Assembly (NCBI GenBank): GCA_964016885.1
Contig: OZ024748.1
Span: 38,130,001-38,194,000, forward strand
DNA: 64,000 bases
Direction of reading: 5' to 3'
Source of the DNA: Eledone cirrhosa
Lineage: Eukaryota
A program made the position numbers and the translations under genes. This document shows positions 38,918-52,100 of this stretch, in pieces. The notes under the pieces are model-generated. The model did no database searches, was not told the origin of the DNA, and saw only the letters and a program-made list of their open reading frames with translations. Positions within the stretch are counted from its first letter, which is position 1; every line of letters begins with the position of its first letter.

Positions 38918-39235
38918 CTGAGGTGCTCTCTTGATAAGCTGGCTTAGCTCAAAACAATATTACATATCTATGATATAACATTTTTGCATAGTGACCAGCG
39001 AAACTGTACAGTCGGGACTAAAGAAAAAAATAGGTATATTGTATCTATTATTCCTTTTTATAATATTTTACATAACTCTGATATTGTGTCAATTTAATTA
39101 TTTTGATTATCTTGTCTCTCATAATCATAGAACAACACTGGTTAAGGTCGACAACATACAATCTCATATACTTGTGAAAAATGTATGTTTATATATACAT
39201 GTATATGTATGTATGCACATATATCTGTATACTTC
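38918..39235 (+). mobile_element. Penelope pLTR/retrozyme-like element, family E, collinear copy
   Basis: Contains the hammerhead at 38927-39017 followed by ~220 bp of AT-rich 3' sequence ending in (TA)n. Highly similar to 38320-38646. Its 5' limit may extend further left. Confidence 0.72.
38927..39017 (+). ncRNA. Putative U3-A8 variant minimal hammerhead ribozyme (HHR-E1)
   Basis: UCUC-UUGAUAA(38931-37)-GCUGG-[52-nt insert]-CCAGC-GAAA(39000-03)-CUGUACAG-U-C(39013)-GGGA. Stem III is the perfect palindrome ACUGUACAGU and the triplet is the canonical GUC. Confidence 0.75.
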
Positions 39236-39240
39236 TAATT

Positions 39241-39688
<448 letters not shown>

Positions 39689-39804
39689 CAGTGCCAAGAG
39701 ATAGTAAATGCTATATAGTCTGTTGCTGCCATATGTACACACACGTGACAATCTGTGTTTACAATATTTATCCAATGAGACACTGTGTGTATATTATCTT
39801 TGTG

Positions 39805-40135
39805 GCTTCCTACATCCCCACCTCTCCTGCCACCTTCCTCCTACATCTCCTCTCATCTCACCTCACACATTCTACTAATACACCTATCTACTCTACCAAC
39901 CTAACTATCGACCCACTTATATTGTTATATATCTACATAACTCCCCACCTTTCTATCTTACAAACCTATCGCCTACCTACCAAGCTACCTATCTATCTAT
40001 ATACATACCTGCCTACTAAGCTATCGATCTACCTGTCTACCTTCATACCTACTTACCTATCAACCTATCTTACCTATCTACGCATCTACCTACCTATATA
40101 TCTACCTATCAATCTACGCATCTATCTATCTACCT
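39805..40135. repeat. Degenerate (CTAC/CTAT)n pyrimidine-rich tract
   Basis: CCTACCTATCTA-type tetramers; strand bias is opposite to the adjacent satellite. Confidence 0.88.
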
Positions 40136-40163
40136 TAGGAGTAGCAACGCAGCTAGAGTGCTA

Positions 40164-43100
40164 GTTGGTTGGTTGGTTGGTTGGTTGGTTGGTTGAAGAT
40201 TGAATGTTTGGTTGGTTGGTTGGTTGGATGGTTGGTTGAAGATTGAATGGTTGGTAGGATGGTTGAATGGTTAGTTGGTTGGTTGAAGATTGAATGTTTG
40301 GTTGGTAGGATGGTTGGATGGCTGGATAGTTGGCTGGTTGGTTGGTTGAAGATTAAATGGTTGGTTCGTAGGATGGTTGGATGGTTGGATGGTTGGCTGG
40401 TTGGTTGAAGATTGAATGTTTGGTTGGTAGGATGGTTGGATGGTTGGTTGGTTGGTTGGTTGGTCGGTTGGATGGTTGGTTGAAGATTGAATGGTTGGTT
40501 GGTTGGTTGGTTGAAGATTGAATGGTTGGTTGGTAGGATGGTTGAATGGTTGGTTGGTTGGTTGAAGATTGAATGTTTGGTTGGTAGCATGGTTGGTTGG
40601 TTGGTTGGTTGGTTGGTTGGTTGGTTGGTTGGTTGGATGGTTGGTTGAAGATTGAATGGTTGGTTGGTAGGATGGTTGAATGGTTGCTTGGTTGGTTGGT
40701 TGAAGATTGAATGTTTGGTTGGTAGGATGGTTGGATGGTTGGTTGGTTGGTTGGTTGGTCGGTTGGATGGTTGGTTGAAGATTGAATGGTTGGTTGGTAG
40801 GATGGTTGAATGGTTGGTTGGTTGGTTGGTTGAAGATTGAATGGTTGGTTGGTAGGATGGTTGAATGGTTGGTTGGTTGGTTGAAGATTGAATGGTTGGT
40901 TGGTAGGATGGTTGAATGGTTGCTTGGTTGGTTGGTTGAAGATTGAATGTTTGGTTGGTAGCATGGTTGGTTGGTTGGTTGGTTGGTTGGTTGGTTGGTT
41001 GGATGGTTGGTTGAAGATTGAATGGTTGGTTGGTAGGATGGTTGAAGATTGAATGGTTGCTTGGTAGGATGGTTGGATGGCTGGTTGGTAGGATGGTTGG
41101 TTGGTTGGTTGGTTGGTTGGATGGTTGGTTGAAGATTGAATGGTTGGTTGGTAGGATGGTTGAAAGGTTGGTTGGTTGGTTGGTTGGTTGAAGATTGAAT
41201 TGTTGGTTGGTACGATGGTTGGTTGGTTGGTTGGTTGGTTGAAGATTGAATGGTTGGTTGGTAAGTTGGTTGGTTGGTTGGTTGGTTGGTTGGTTGGTTG
41301 AAGATTGAATGGTTGGTTGGTAGGATGGTTGGTTGGTTGGTTGGTTGGTTGGTTGAAGATTGAATGGTTGGTTGGTAGGATGCTTGGTTGGTTAGTTGGT
41401 TGGTTGAAGATTGAATGGTTGGTTGGTAGGATGATTGGTTGGTTGGTTGGTTGGTTGGTTGGTTGAAGATTGAATGGTTGGTTGGTAGGATGGTTGGTTG
41501 GTTGGTTGAAGATTGAATGGTTGGTTGGTAAGATGCTTGGTTGGTTGGTTGGTTGAAGATTGAATGGTTGGTTGGTAGGATGGTTGGTTGAAAGGTTGGT
41601 TGGTTGAAGATTGAATGGTTGGTTGGTAGGATGGTTGGTTGGTTGGTTGGTTGGTTGGTTGGTTGAAGATTGAATGGTTGGTTGGTAGGATGGTTGGTTG
41701 GTTGGTTGGTTGGTTGGTTGGTTGAAGATTGAATTGTTGGTTGGTACGATGGTTGGTTGGTTGGTTGGTTGGTTGAAGATTGAATGGTTGGTTGGTAAGT
41801 TGGTTGGTTGGTTGGTTGGTTGGTTGAAGATTGAATGTTTGGTTGGTAGGATAGTTGGATGGTTGTTTGGTTGGTTGGTTGGTTGAAGATTGAATGGTTG
41901 GTTGGTAGGATGGTTAGTTGGTTGGTTGGTTGAAGATTGAATGGTTGGTTCGTAGGATGGTTGGATGGTTGGATGGTTGGATGGTTGGATGGTTGGATGG
42001 TTGGATGGTTGGCTGGTTGGTTGAAGATTGAATGTTTGGTTGGTAGGATGGTTGGATGGTTGGTTGGTCGGTTGGATGGTTGGATGAAGATTGAATGGTT
42101 GGTTGGTAGGATGGTTGAATGGTTGGTTGGTTGGTTGAAGATTGAATGGTTGGTTGGTAGGATGGTTGAATGGTTGGTTGGTTGGTTGAAGATTGAATGT
42201 TTCGTTGGTAGCATGGTTGGTTGGTTGGTTGGTCGGTTGGATGGTTGGTTGAAGATTGAATGGTTGGTTGGTAGGATGGTTGAATGGTTGGTTGGTTGAA
42301 GATTAAATGGTTGGTTGGTAGGATGGTTGAATGGTTGGTTGGTTGGTTGAAGATTGAATGTTTGGTTGGTAGCATGGTTGGTTGGTTGGTTGGTTGGTTG
42401 GTTGGTTGGATGGTTGGTTGAAGATTGAATTGTTGGTTTGTAGGATGGTTGAATGGTTGCTTGGTTGGTTGGTTGAAGATTGAATGTTTGGTTGGTAGGA
42501 TGGTTGGTTGGTTGGTTGGTTGGTTGGTTGGTTGGTTGGTTGGTTGGTTGGTTGGTGGGATGGTTGGTTGAAGATTGAATGGTTGGTTGGTAGGATGGTT
42601 GAAAGGTTGGTTGGTTGGTTGGTTGGTTGGTTGGTTGGTTGGTTGGTTGGTTGAAGATTGAATGGTTGGTTGGTAAGTTGGTTGGTTGGTTGGTTGGTTG
42701 GTTGGTTGAAGATTGAATGGTTGGTTGGTAGGATGGTTGGTTGGTTGGTTGGTTGAAGATTGAATGGTTGGTTGGTAGGATGCTTGGTTGGTTGGTTGGT
42801 TGAAGATTGAATGGTTGGTTGGTAGGATGGTTGGTTGGTTGGTTGGTTGGTTGAAGATTGAATGGTTGGTTCGTAGGATGGTTGGTTGATTGGTTGGTTG
42901 GTTGAAGATTGAATGGTTGGTTGGTAGGATGGTTGGTTGGTTGGTTGGTTGAAGATTGAATGGTTGGTAGGATGCTTGGTTGGTTGGTTGAAGATTGAAT
43001 GGTTGGTTGGTAGGATGGTTGGTTGGTTGGTTGAAGATTGAATGGTTGGTTTGTAGGATTGTTGGTTGGTTGTTTGGTTGGTTGAAGATTGAATGGTTGG

Positions 43101-46100
43101 TTGGTAGGATGGTTGGTTGGTTGGTTGGTTGTTTTGTTGAAGATTGAATTGTTGGTTGGTACGAAGGTTGGTTGGTTTGTTGGTTGGTTGGTTGGTTGGT
43201 TGGTTGAAGATTGAATGGTTGGTTGGTAAGTTGGTTGGTTGGTTTGGTGGTTGGTTGAAGATTGAATGGTTGGTTGGTAGGATAGTTGGATGGTTGGTTT
43301 GTTGAAGATTGAATGTTTGGTTGGTAGGATGGTTGGATGGTTGGTTGGTTGGTTGGTTGGTTGGTTTGTTGGTTGAAGATTGAATGTTTGGTTGGTAGGA
43401 TGGTTGGATGGTTGGTTGGTTGGTTGAAGATTGAATGGTTGGTTGGTAGGATGGTTGGATGGTTGGTTGGTTGGTTGAAGATTGAATGTTTGGTTGGTAG
43501 GATGGTTGGATGGTTGGTTGGTTGGTTGAAGATTGAATGTTTGGTTGGTAGGAGGGTTGGGTGGTTGGTTGGTTGGTTGGTTGGATGGTTCGTTGAAGAT
43601 TGAATGGTTGGTTGGTAGGATGGTTGGATGGTTGGTTGGTTGGTTGGTTGAAGATTGAATGTTTGGTTGGTAGGATGGTTGGATGGTTGCTTGGTTGGTT
43701 GGTTGGTTGGTTGGATGGTTGGTTGAAGATTGAATGGATGGTTGGTAGGATGGTTGGTTGGATGGTTGGTTGGTTGGAGATTGAATGTTTGGTTGGTAGG
43801 ATGGTTGGATGGTTGGTTGGTTGGTTGGTTGGTTGGTTGGTTGGTTGGTTGGTTGGTTGGTTGGATGGTTGGTTGAAGATTGAATGGTTGGTAGGATGGT
43901 TGAATGGTTGGTTGGTTGGTTGGTTCGTTGGTTGGTTGGTTGAAGATTGAATGGTTGGTTGGTAGGATGGTTGGTTGGTTGGTTGGTTGAAGATTGAATG
44001 GTTGGTTGGTAGGATGCTTGGTTGGTTGGTTGGTTGGTTGAAGATTGAATGGTTGGTTGGTAGGATGGTTGGTTGGTTGGTTGGTTGGTTGGTTGAAGAT
44101 TGAATGGTTGGTTCGTAGGATGGTTGGTTGATTGGTTGGTTGGTTGAAGATTGAATGGTTGATTGGTAGGATGGTTGGTAGGTTGGTTGGTTGAAGATTG
44201 AAACGGTTGGTAGGATGCTTGGTTGGTTGGTTGGTTGGTTGAAGATTGAATGGTTGGTTGGTAGGATGGTTGGTTGGTTGAAGATTGAATGGTTGGTTTG
44301 TAGGATTGTTGGTTGGTTGGTTGGTTGGTTGAAGATTAAATGGTTGGTTGGTAGGATGGTTGGTTGGTTGGTTGGTTGTTTGGTTGAAGATTGAATTGTT
44401 GGTTGGTACGAAGGTTGGTTGGTTGGTTGGTTGGTTGGTTGGTTGGTTGGTTGGTTGGTTGGTTGAAGATTGAATGGTTGGTTGGTAAGTTGGTTGGTTG
44501 GTTTGTTGGTTGGTTGAAGATTGAATGGTTGGTTGGTAGGATAGTTGGATGGTTGGTTTGTTGAAGATTGAATGTTTGGTTGGTAGGATGGTTGGATGGT
44601 TGGTTGGTTGGTTGGTTGGTTGGTTGGTTGGTTGGTTGAAGATTGAATGTGTGGTTGGTAGGATGGTTGGATGGTTGGTTGGTTGGTTGAAGATTGAATG
44701 GTTGGTTGGTAGGATGGTTGGATGGTTGGTTGGTTGGTTGAAGATTGAATGTTTGGTTGGTAGGATGGTTGGATGGTTGGTTGGTTGGTTGAAGATTGAA
44801 TGTTTGGTTGGTAGGATGGTTGGATGGTTGGTTGGTTGGTTGGTTGGATGGTTCGTTGAAGATTGAATGGTTGGTTGGTAGGATGGTTGGATGGTTGGTT
44901 GGTTGGTTGGTTGAAGATTGAATGTTTGGTTGGTAGGATGGTTGGATGGTTGGTTGGTTGGTTGGTTGGTTGGTTGGATGGTTGGTTGAAGATTGAATGG
45001 ATGGTTGGTAGGATGGTTGGTTGGATGGTTGGTTGGTTGGAGATTGAATGTTTGGTTGGTAGGATGGTTGGATGGTTGGTTGGTTGGTTGGTTGGTTGGT
45101 TGGTTGGTTGGTTGGTTGGTTGGTTGGATGGTTGGTTGAAGATTGAATGGTTGGTAGGTTGGTTGAATGGTTGGTTGGTTGGTTGGTTCGTTGGTTGGTT
45201 GGTTGAAGATTGAATGGTTGGTTGGTAGGATGGTTGGTTGGTTGGTTGGTTGGTTGAAGATTGAATGTCTGGTTGGTAGGATGGTTGGATGGTTGGTTGG
45301 TTGGTTGGTGGTTGGATGGTTGGTTGAAGATTGAATGTTTGGTTGGTAGGATGGTTGGATGGTTGGTTGGTTGGTTGAAGATTGAATGTTTGGTTGGTAG
45401 GATGGTTGGATGGTTGGTTGGTTGGTTGGTTGGTTGGTTGGATGGTTGGTTGAAGATTGAATGGTTGGTTGGTAGGATGGTTGAATGGTTGGTTGGTTGG
45501 TTGGTTGGTTGAAGATTGAATGTTTGGTTGGTAGGATGGTTGGATGGTTGGTTGGTTGGTTGGTTGGTTGGATGGTTGGTTGAAGATTGAATGGTTGGTT
45601 GGTAGGATGGTTGAATGGTTGGTTGGTTGAAGATTGAATGTTTGGTTGGTAGGATGGTTGGATGGCTGGATAGTTGGCTGGTTGGTTGGTTGAAGATTAA
45701 ATGGTTGGTTCGTAGGATGGTTGGATGGTTGGATGGTTGGCTGGTTGGTTGAAGATTGAATGTTTGCTTGGTAGCATGGTTGGTTGGTTGGTTGGTTGGT
45801 TGGTTGGTTGGTTGGTTGGTTGGTTGGATGGTTGGTTGAAGATTGAATGGTTGGTTGGTAGGATGGTTGAATGGTTGCTTGGTTGGTTGGTTGAAGATTG
45901 AATGGTTGGTCGGTAGGATGGTTGAATGGTTGGTTGGTTGAAGATTGAATGTTTGGTTGGTAGCATGGTTGGTTGGTTGGTTGGTTGGTTGGTTGGTTGG
46001 TTGGATGGTTGGTTGAAGATTGAATGGTTGGTTGGTAGGATGGTTGAATGGTTGCTTGGTTGGTTGGTTGAAGATTGAATGTTTGGTTGGTAGGATGGTT

Positions 46101-49100
46101 GGTTGGTTGGTTGATTGGTTGGTTGGTTGGGTGGTTGGTTGGTTGGTTGGTTGGTTGGTTGGTTGGTTGGTTGGTTGGTTGGTTGGATGGTTGGTTGAAG
46201 ATTGAATGGTTGGTTGGTAGGATGGTTGAAAGGTTGGTTGGTTGGTTGGTTGAAGATAGAATGTTTGGTTGGTAGCTTGGTTGGTAGGATGGATGGATGA
46301 CTGGATGGTTGGCTGGTTGGTTGGTTGAAGATTGAATGGTTGGTTGGTAGGATGGATGATTGGATGGTTGGTTGGTTGGTTGAAGATTGAATGGTTGGTT
46401 GGTAGGATGGATGGTTGGATGGTTGGTTGGTTGAAGATTGAATGGTTAGTTGGTAGGATGGTTAGTTGGTTGGTTTGTTTAAGATTGAATGGTTAGTTGG
46501 TAGGATGGTTAGTTGGTTGGTTGGTTGAAGATTGAATGGTTGGTTGGTAGGATGGATGGTTGGATGGTTGGTTGGTTGAAGATTGAATGGTTGGTTGGTA
46601 GGATGGATGGTTGGATGGTTGGTTGGTTGAAGATTGAATGGTTGGTTGGTAGGATGGTTTGATGGTTGGTTGGTTGGTTGAAGATTGAATGGTTGGTTGG
46701 TAGGATGGTTGGATGGTTGGTTGGTTGGTTGAAGATTGAATGGTTAGTTGGTAGGATGGTTAGTTGGTTGGTTGGTTGAAGATTGAATGGTTGGTTGGTA
46801 GGATGGATGGTTGGATGGTTGGTTGGTTGAAGATTGAATGGTTGGTTGGTAGGATGGATGGTTGGATGGTTGGTTGTTGGTTGGTTGGTTGGTTGGTTGG
46901 TTGGTTGGTTGGTTGGTTGGTTGGTTGGATGGTTGGTTGAAGATTGAATGGTTGGTAGGATGGTTGAATGGTTGGTTGGTTGGTTGGTTCGTTGGTTGGT
47001 TGGTTGAAGATTGAATGGTTGGTTGGTAGGATGGTTGGTTGGTTGGTTGGTTGGTGGAAGATTGAATGTCTGGTTGGTAGGATGGTAGGATGGTTGGTTG
47101 GTTGGTTGGTTGGTTGGATGGTTGGTTGAAGATTGAATGTTTGGTTGGTAGGATGGTTGGATGGTTGGTTGGTTGGTTGGTTGGTTGGATGGTTGGTTGA
47201 AGATTGAATGGTTGGTTGGTAGGATGGTTGAATGGTTGGTTGGTTGGTTGGTTGAAGATTGAATGTTTGGTTGGTAGGATGGTTGGATGGTTGGTTGGTT
47301 GGTTGGTTGGTTGGATGGTTGGTTGAAGATTGAATGGTTTGTTGGTAGGATGGTTGAATGGTTGGTTGGTTGAAGATTGAATGTTTGGTTGGTAGGATGG
47401 TTGGATGGCTGGATAGTTGGCTGGTTGGTTGGTTGAAAATTAAATGGTTGGTTCGTAGGATGGTTGGATGGTTGGATGGTTGGCTGGTTGGTTGAAGATT
47501 TCATGTTTGGTTGGTAGCATGGTTGGTTGGTTGGTTGGTTGGTTGGTTGGTTGGTTGGATGGTTGGTTGAAGATTGAATGGTTGGTTGGTAGGATGGTTG
47601 AATGGTTGCTTGGTTGGTTGGTTGAAGATTGAATGGCTGGTCGGTAGGATGGTTGAATGGTTGGTTGGTTGGTTGAAGATTGAATGTTTGGTTGGTAGCA
47701 TGGTTGGTTGGTTGGTTGGTTGGTTGGATGGTTGGTTGAAGATTGAATGGTTGGTTGGTAGGATGGTTGAATGGTTGCTTGGTTGGTTGGTTGAAGATTG
47801 AATGTTTGGTTGGTAGGATGGTTGGTTGGTTGGTTGGTTGGGTGGTTGGTTGGTTTGTTGGTTGGTTGGTTGGATGGTTGGTTGAAGATTGAATGGTTGG
47901 TTGGTAGGATGGTTGAAAGGTTGGTTGGTTGGTTGGTTGAAGATAGAATGTTTGGTTGGTAGCTTGGTTGGTAGGATGGATGGATGACTGGATGGTTGGC
48001 TGGTTGGTTGGTTGAAGATTGAATGGTTGGTTGGTAGGATGGATGTTTGGATGGTTGGTTGGTTGAAGATTGAATGGTTAGTTGGTAGGATGGTTAGTTG
48101 GTTGGTTTGTTTAAGATTGAATGGTTAGTTGGTAGGATGGTTGGGTGGTTGGTTGGTTGGTTGGTTGGTTGAAGATTGAATGGTTGGTTGGTAGGATGGA
48201 TGGTTGGATGGTTGGTTGGTTGAAGATTGAATGGTTGGTTGGTAGGATGGATGGTTGGATGGTTGGTTGGTTGGTTGAAGATTGAATGGTTGGTTGGTAG
48301 GATGGTTTGATGGTTGGTTGGTTGGTTGAAGATTGAATGGTTGGTTGGTAGGATGGTTGGATGGTTGGTTGGTTGGTTGAAGATTGAATGGTTAGTTGGT
48401 AGGATGGTTAGTTGGTTGGTTGGTTGAAGATTGAATGGTTGGTTGGTAGGATGGATGGTTGGATGGTCGGTTGGTTGAAGATTGAATGGTTGGTTGGTAG
48501 GATGGATGGTTGGATGGTTGGTTGGTTGGTTGAAGATTGAATGGTTGGTTGGTAGGATGGTTGGATGGTTGGTTGGTTGGTTGAAGATTGAATGGTTGGT
48601 TGGTAGGATGGGTGGATGGTTGGTTGGTTGGTTGAAGATTGAATGGTTGGTTGGTAGGATGGATGGTTGGATGGTTGGTTGGTTGGTTGAAGATTGAATG
48701 GTTGGTTGGTAGGATGGTTGGATGGTTGGTTGGTTGAAGATTGAATGGTTGGTTGGTAGGATGGTTGGATGGTTGGTTGGTTGGTTGATGATTGAATGTT
48801 TGGTTGGTAGGATGGTTGGATGGTTGGTTGATTGGTTGAAGATTGAATGTTTGGTTGGTAGGATGGTTGGATCGTTGGTTGGTTGAAGATTGAATGGTTA
48901 GTTGGTAGGATGGTTGGATGGTTGGTTGGTTGGTTGAAGATTGAATGTTTCGTTGGTAGGATGGTTGGATGGTTGGTTGGTTGGTTGAAGATTGAATGTT
49001 TGGTTGGTAGGATGGTTGGATGGTTGGTTGGTTGTTGGTTGAAGATTGAATGGTTGGTTGGTAGGATGGTTGGATGGTTGATGGTTGAATCGTTAGTTGG

Positions 49101-52100
49101 TCGGATGGTTAGTTGTTTGGTTGGTTGAAGATTGAATGGTTAGTTGGTAGGATGGTAGGATGGTTGGTTGGTTGGTTGAAGATTGAATGGTTGGTTGGTA
49201 GGATGGTTCGATGGTTGTTTGGTTGGTTGGTTGGTTGAAGATTGAATGGTTGGTTGGTAGGATGGTTAGTTGGTTGGTTGGTTGAAGATTGAATGGTTGG
49301 TTGGTAGGATGGTTGGTTGGTTGGTTGGTTGGTTGAAGATTGAATGGTTGGTTGGTAGGATGGTTGCTTGGTTGGTTGGTTGTTGGTTGAAGATTGAATG
49401 GTTGGTTGGTAGGATGGTTGGTTGGTTGGTTGGTTGGTTGAAGATTGAATGGTTGGTTGGTAGGATGGTTGGTTGGTTGGTTGGTTGGTTGGTTGGTTGG
49501 TTGGTTGAAGATTGAATGGTTGGTTGGTAGGATGGTTGGATGGTTGTTTGGTTGGTTGGTTGGTTGAAGATTGAATGGTTGGTTGGTAGGATGGTTGGTT
49601 GGTTGGTTGGTTGGTTGAAGATTGAATGGTTGGTTGGTAGGATGGTTGGATGGTTGTTTGGTTGGTTGGTTGGTTGAAGATTGAATGGTTGGTTGGTAGG
49701 ATGGTTGGTTGGTTGGTTGGTTGGTTGGTTGAAGATTGAATGTTTGGTTGGTAGGATGGTTGGTTGGTTGGTTGGTTGGTTGGTTGGTTGAAGATTGAAT
49801 GGTTGGTTGGTAGGATGGTTGGTTGGATGGTTGGTTGGTTGGTTGGTTGAAGATTGAATGGTTGGTTGGTAGGATGGTTGGCTGGTTGGTTGGTTGGTTG
49901 GTTGGTTGGTTGGTTGGTTGAAGATTGAATGGTTGGTTGGTAAGTTGGTTGGTTGGTTGGTTGGTTGGTTGGTTGAAGATTGAATGGTTGGTTGGTAGGA
50001 TGGTTGGCTGGTTGGTTGGTTGGTTGGTTGGTTGGTTGAAGATTGAATGTTTGGTTGGTAGGATGGTTGGTTGGTTGGTTGGTTGGTTGGTTGGTTGGTT
50101 GGTTGAAGATTGAATGGTTGGTTGGTAGGATGGTTGGTTGGATGGTTGGTTGGTTGGTTGGTTGAAGATTGAATGGTTGGTTGGTAGGATGGTTGGCTGG
50201 TTGGTTGGTTGGTTGGTTGGTTGGTTGGTTGGTTGGTTGGTTGGTTGAAGATTGAATGGTTGGTTGGTAAGTTGGTTGGTTGGTTGGTTGGTTGGTTGAA
50301 GATTGAATGGTTGGTTGGTAGGATGGTTGGCTGGTTGGTTGGTTGGTTGGTTGGTTGGTTGGTTGGTTGAAGTATGAATGGTTGGTTGGTAAGTTGGTTG
50401 GTTGGTTGGTTGGATGGTTGGTTGAAGATTGAATGGTTGGTTGGTAGTATGCTTGGTTGGTTGGTTGGTTGAAGATTGAATGGTTGGTTGGTAGGATGGT
50501 TGGATGGTTGTTTGGTTGGTTGGTTGGTTGGTTGAAGATTGAATGGTTGGTTGGTAGGATGGTTGGTTGGTTGGTTGGTTGGTTGAAGATTGAATGTTTG
50601 GTTGGTAGGATGGTTGGTTGGTTGGTTGGTTGGTTGGTTGGTTGGTTGGTTGAAGATTGAATGGTTGGTTGGTAGGATGGTTGGTTGGATGGTTGGTTGG
50701 TTGGTTGAAGATTGAATGGTTGGTTGGTAGGATGGTTGGCTGGTTGGTTGGTTGGTTGGTTGGTTGGTTGGTTGGTTGGTTGGTTGGTTGAAGATTGAAT
50801 GGTTGGTTGGTAAGTTGGTTGGTTGGTTGGTTGGTTGAAGATTGAATGGTTGGTTGGTAGAATGGTTGGCTGGTTGGTTGGTTGGTTGGTTGGTTGAAGA
50901 TTGAATGGTTGGTTGGTAAGTTGGTTGGTTGGTTGGTTGAATGGTTGGTTGAAGATTGAATGGTTGGTTGGTAGGATGCTTGGTTGGTTGGTTGGTTGAA
51001 GATTGAATGGTTGGTTGGTAGGATGGTTGGATGGTTGTTTGGTTGGTTGAAGATTGAATGTTTGGTTGGTAGGATGGTTGGTTGGTTGGTTGGCTGGTTG
51101 GTTGAAGATTGAATGGTTGGTTGGTAGGATGGTTGGTTGGTTGGTTGGTTGGTTGGTTGAAGATTGAATTGTTGGTTGGTACGATGGTTGGTTGGTTGGT
51201 TGGTTGGTTGGTTGGTTGGTTGGTTGGTTGAAGATTGAATGGTTGGTTGGTAATTTGGTTGGTTGGTTGGTTGGTTGGTTGAAGATTGAATGGTTGGTTG
51301 GTAGGATGGTTGGTGGTTGGTTGGTTGAAGATTGAATGGCTGGTTGGTAGGATGCTTGGTTGTTTGGCTGGTTGGTTGAAGATTGAATGGTTGGTTGGTA
51401 GGATGGTTGGTTGGTTGGTTGGTTGGTTGGTTGAAGATTGAATGGTTGGTTGGTAGGATGGTTGGTTGGTTGGTTTGTTGGTTGAAGATTGAATGGTTGG
51501 TTGGTTGGTAGGATGGTTGGTTGGCTGGTTGGTTGGTTGAAGATTGAATGGTTGGTTGGTAGGATGGTTGGTTGGTTGGTTGGTTGGTTGGTTGAAGATT
51601 GATTTGTTGGTTGGTACGATGGTTGGTTGGTTGGTTAGTTGGTTGGTTGGTTGGTTGAAGATTGAATGGTTGGTTGGTAAGTTGGTTGGTTGGTTGGTTG
51701 GTTGGTTGAAGATTGAATGGTTGGTTGGTAGGATGGTTGGTTCGTTGGTTGGTTGAAGATTGAATGGTTGGTTGGTAGGATGCTTGGTTGGTTGGTTGGT
51801 TGGTTGAAGATTGAATGGTTGGTTGGTAGGATGGTAGGTTGGTTGGTTGGTTGGTTGAAGATTGAATGGTTGGTTGGTAGGATGGTTGGTTGGTTGGTTG
51901 GTTGGTTGAAGATTGAATGGTTGGTTGGTAGGATGGTTGGTTGGTTGGTTGGTTGATGAAGATTGAATGGTTGGTTGGTAGGATGGTTGGTTAGTTGGTT
52001 GGTTGGTTGGTTGGTTGGTTGAAGATTGAATGGTTGGTTGGTAGGATGGTTGGTTGGTTGCTTGGTTGGTTGAAGATTGAATGGTTGGTTGGTAGGATGG

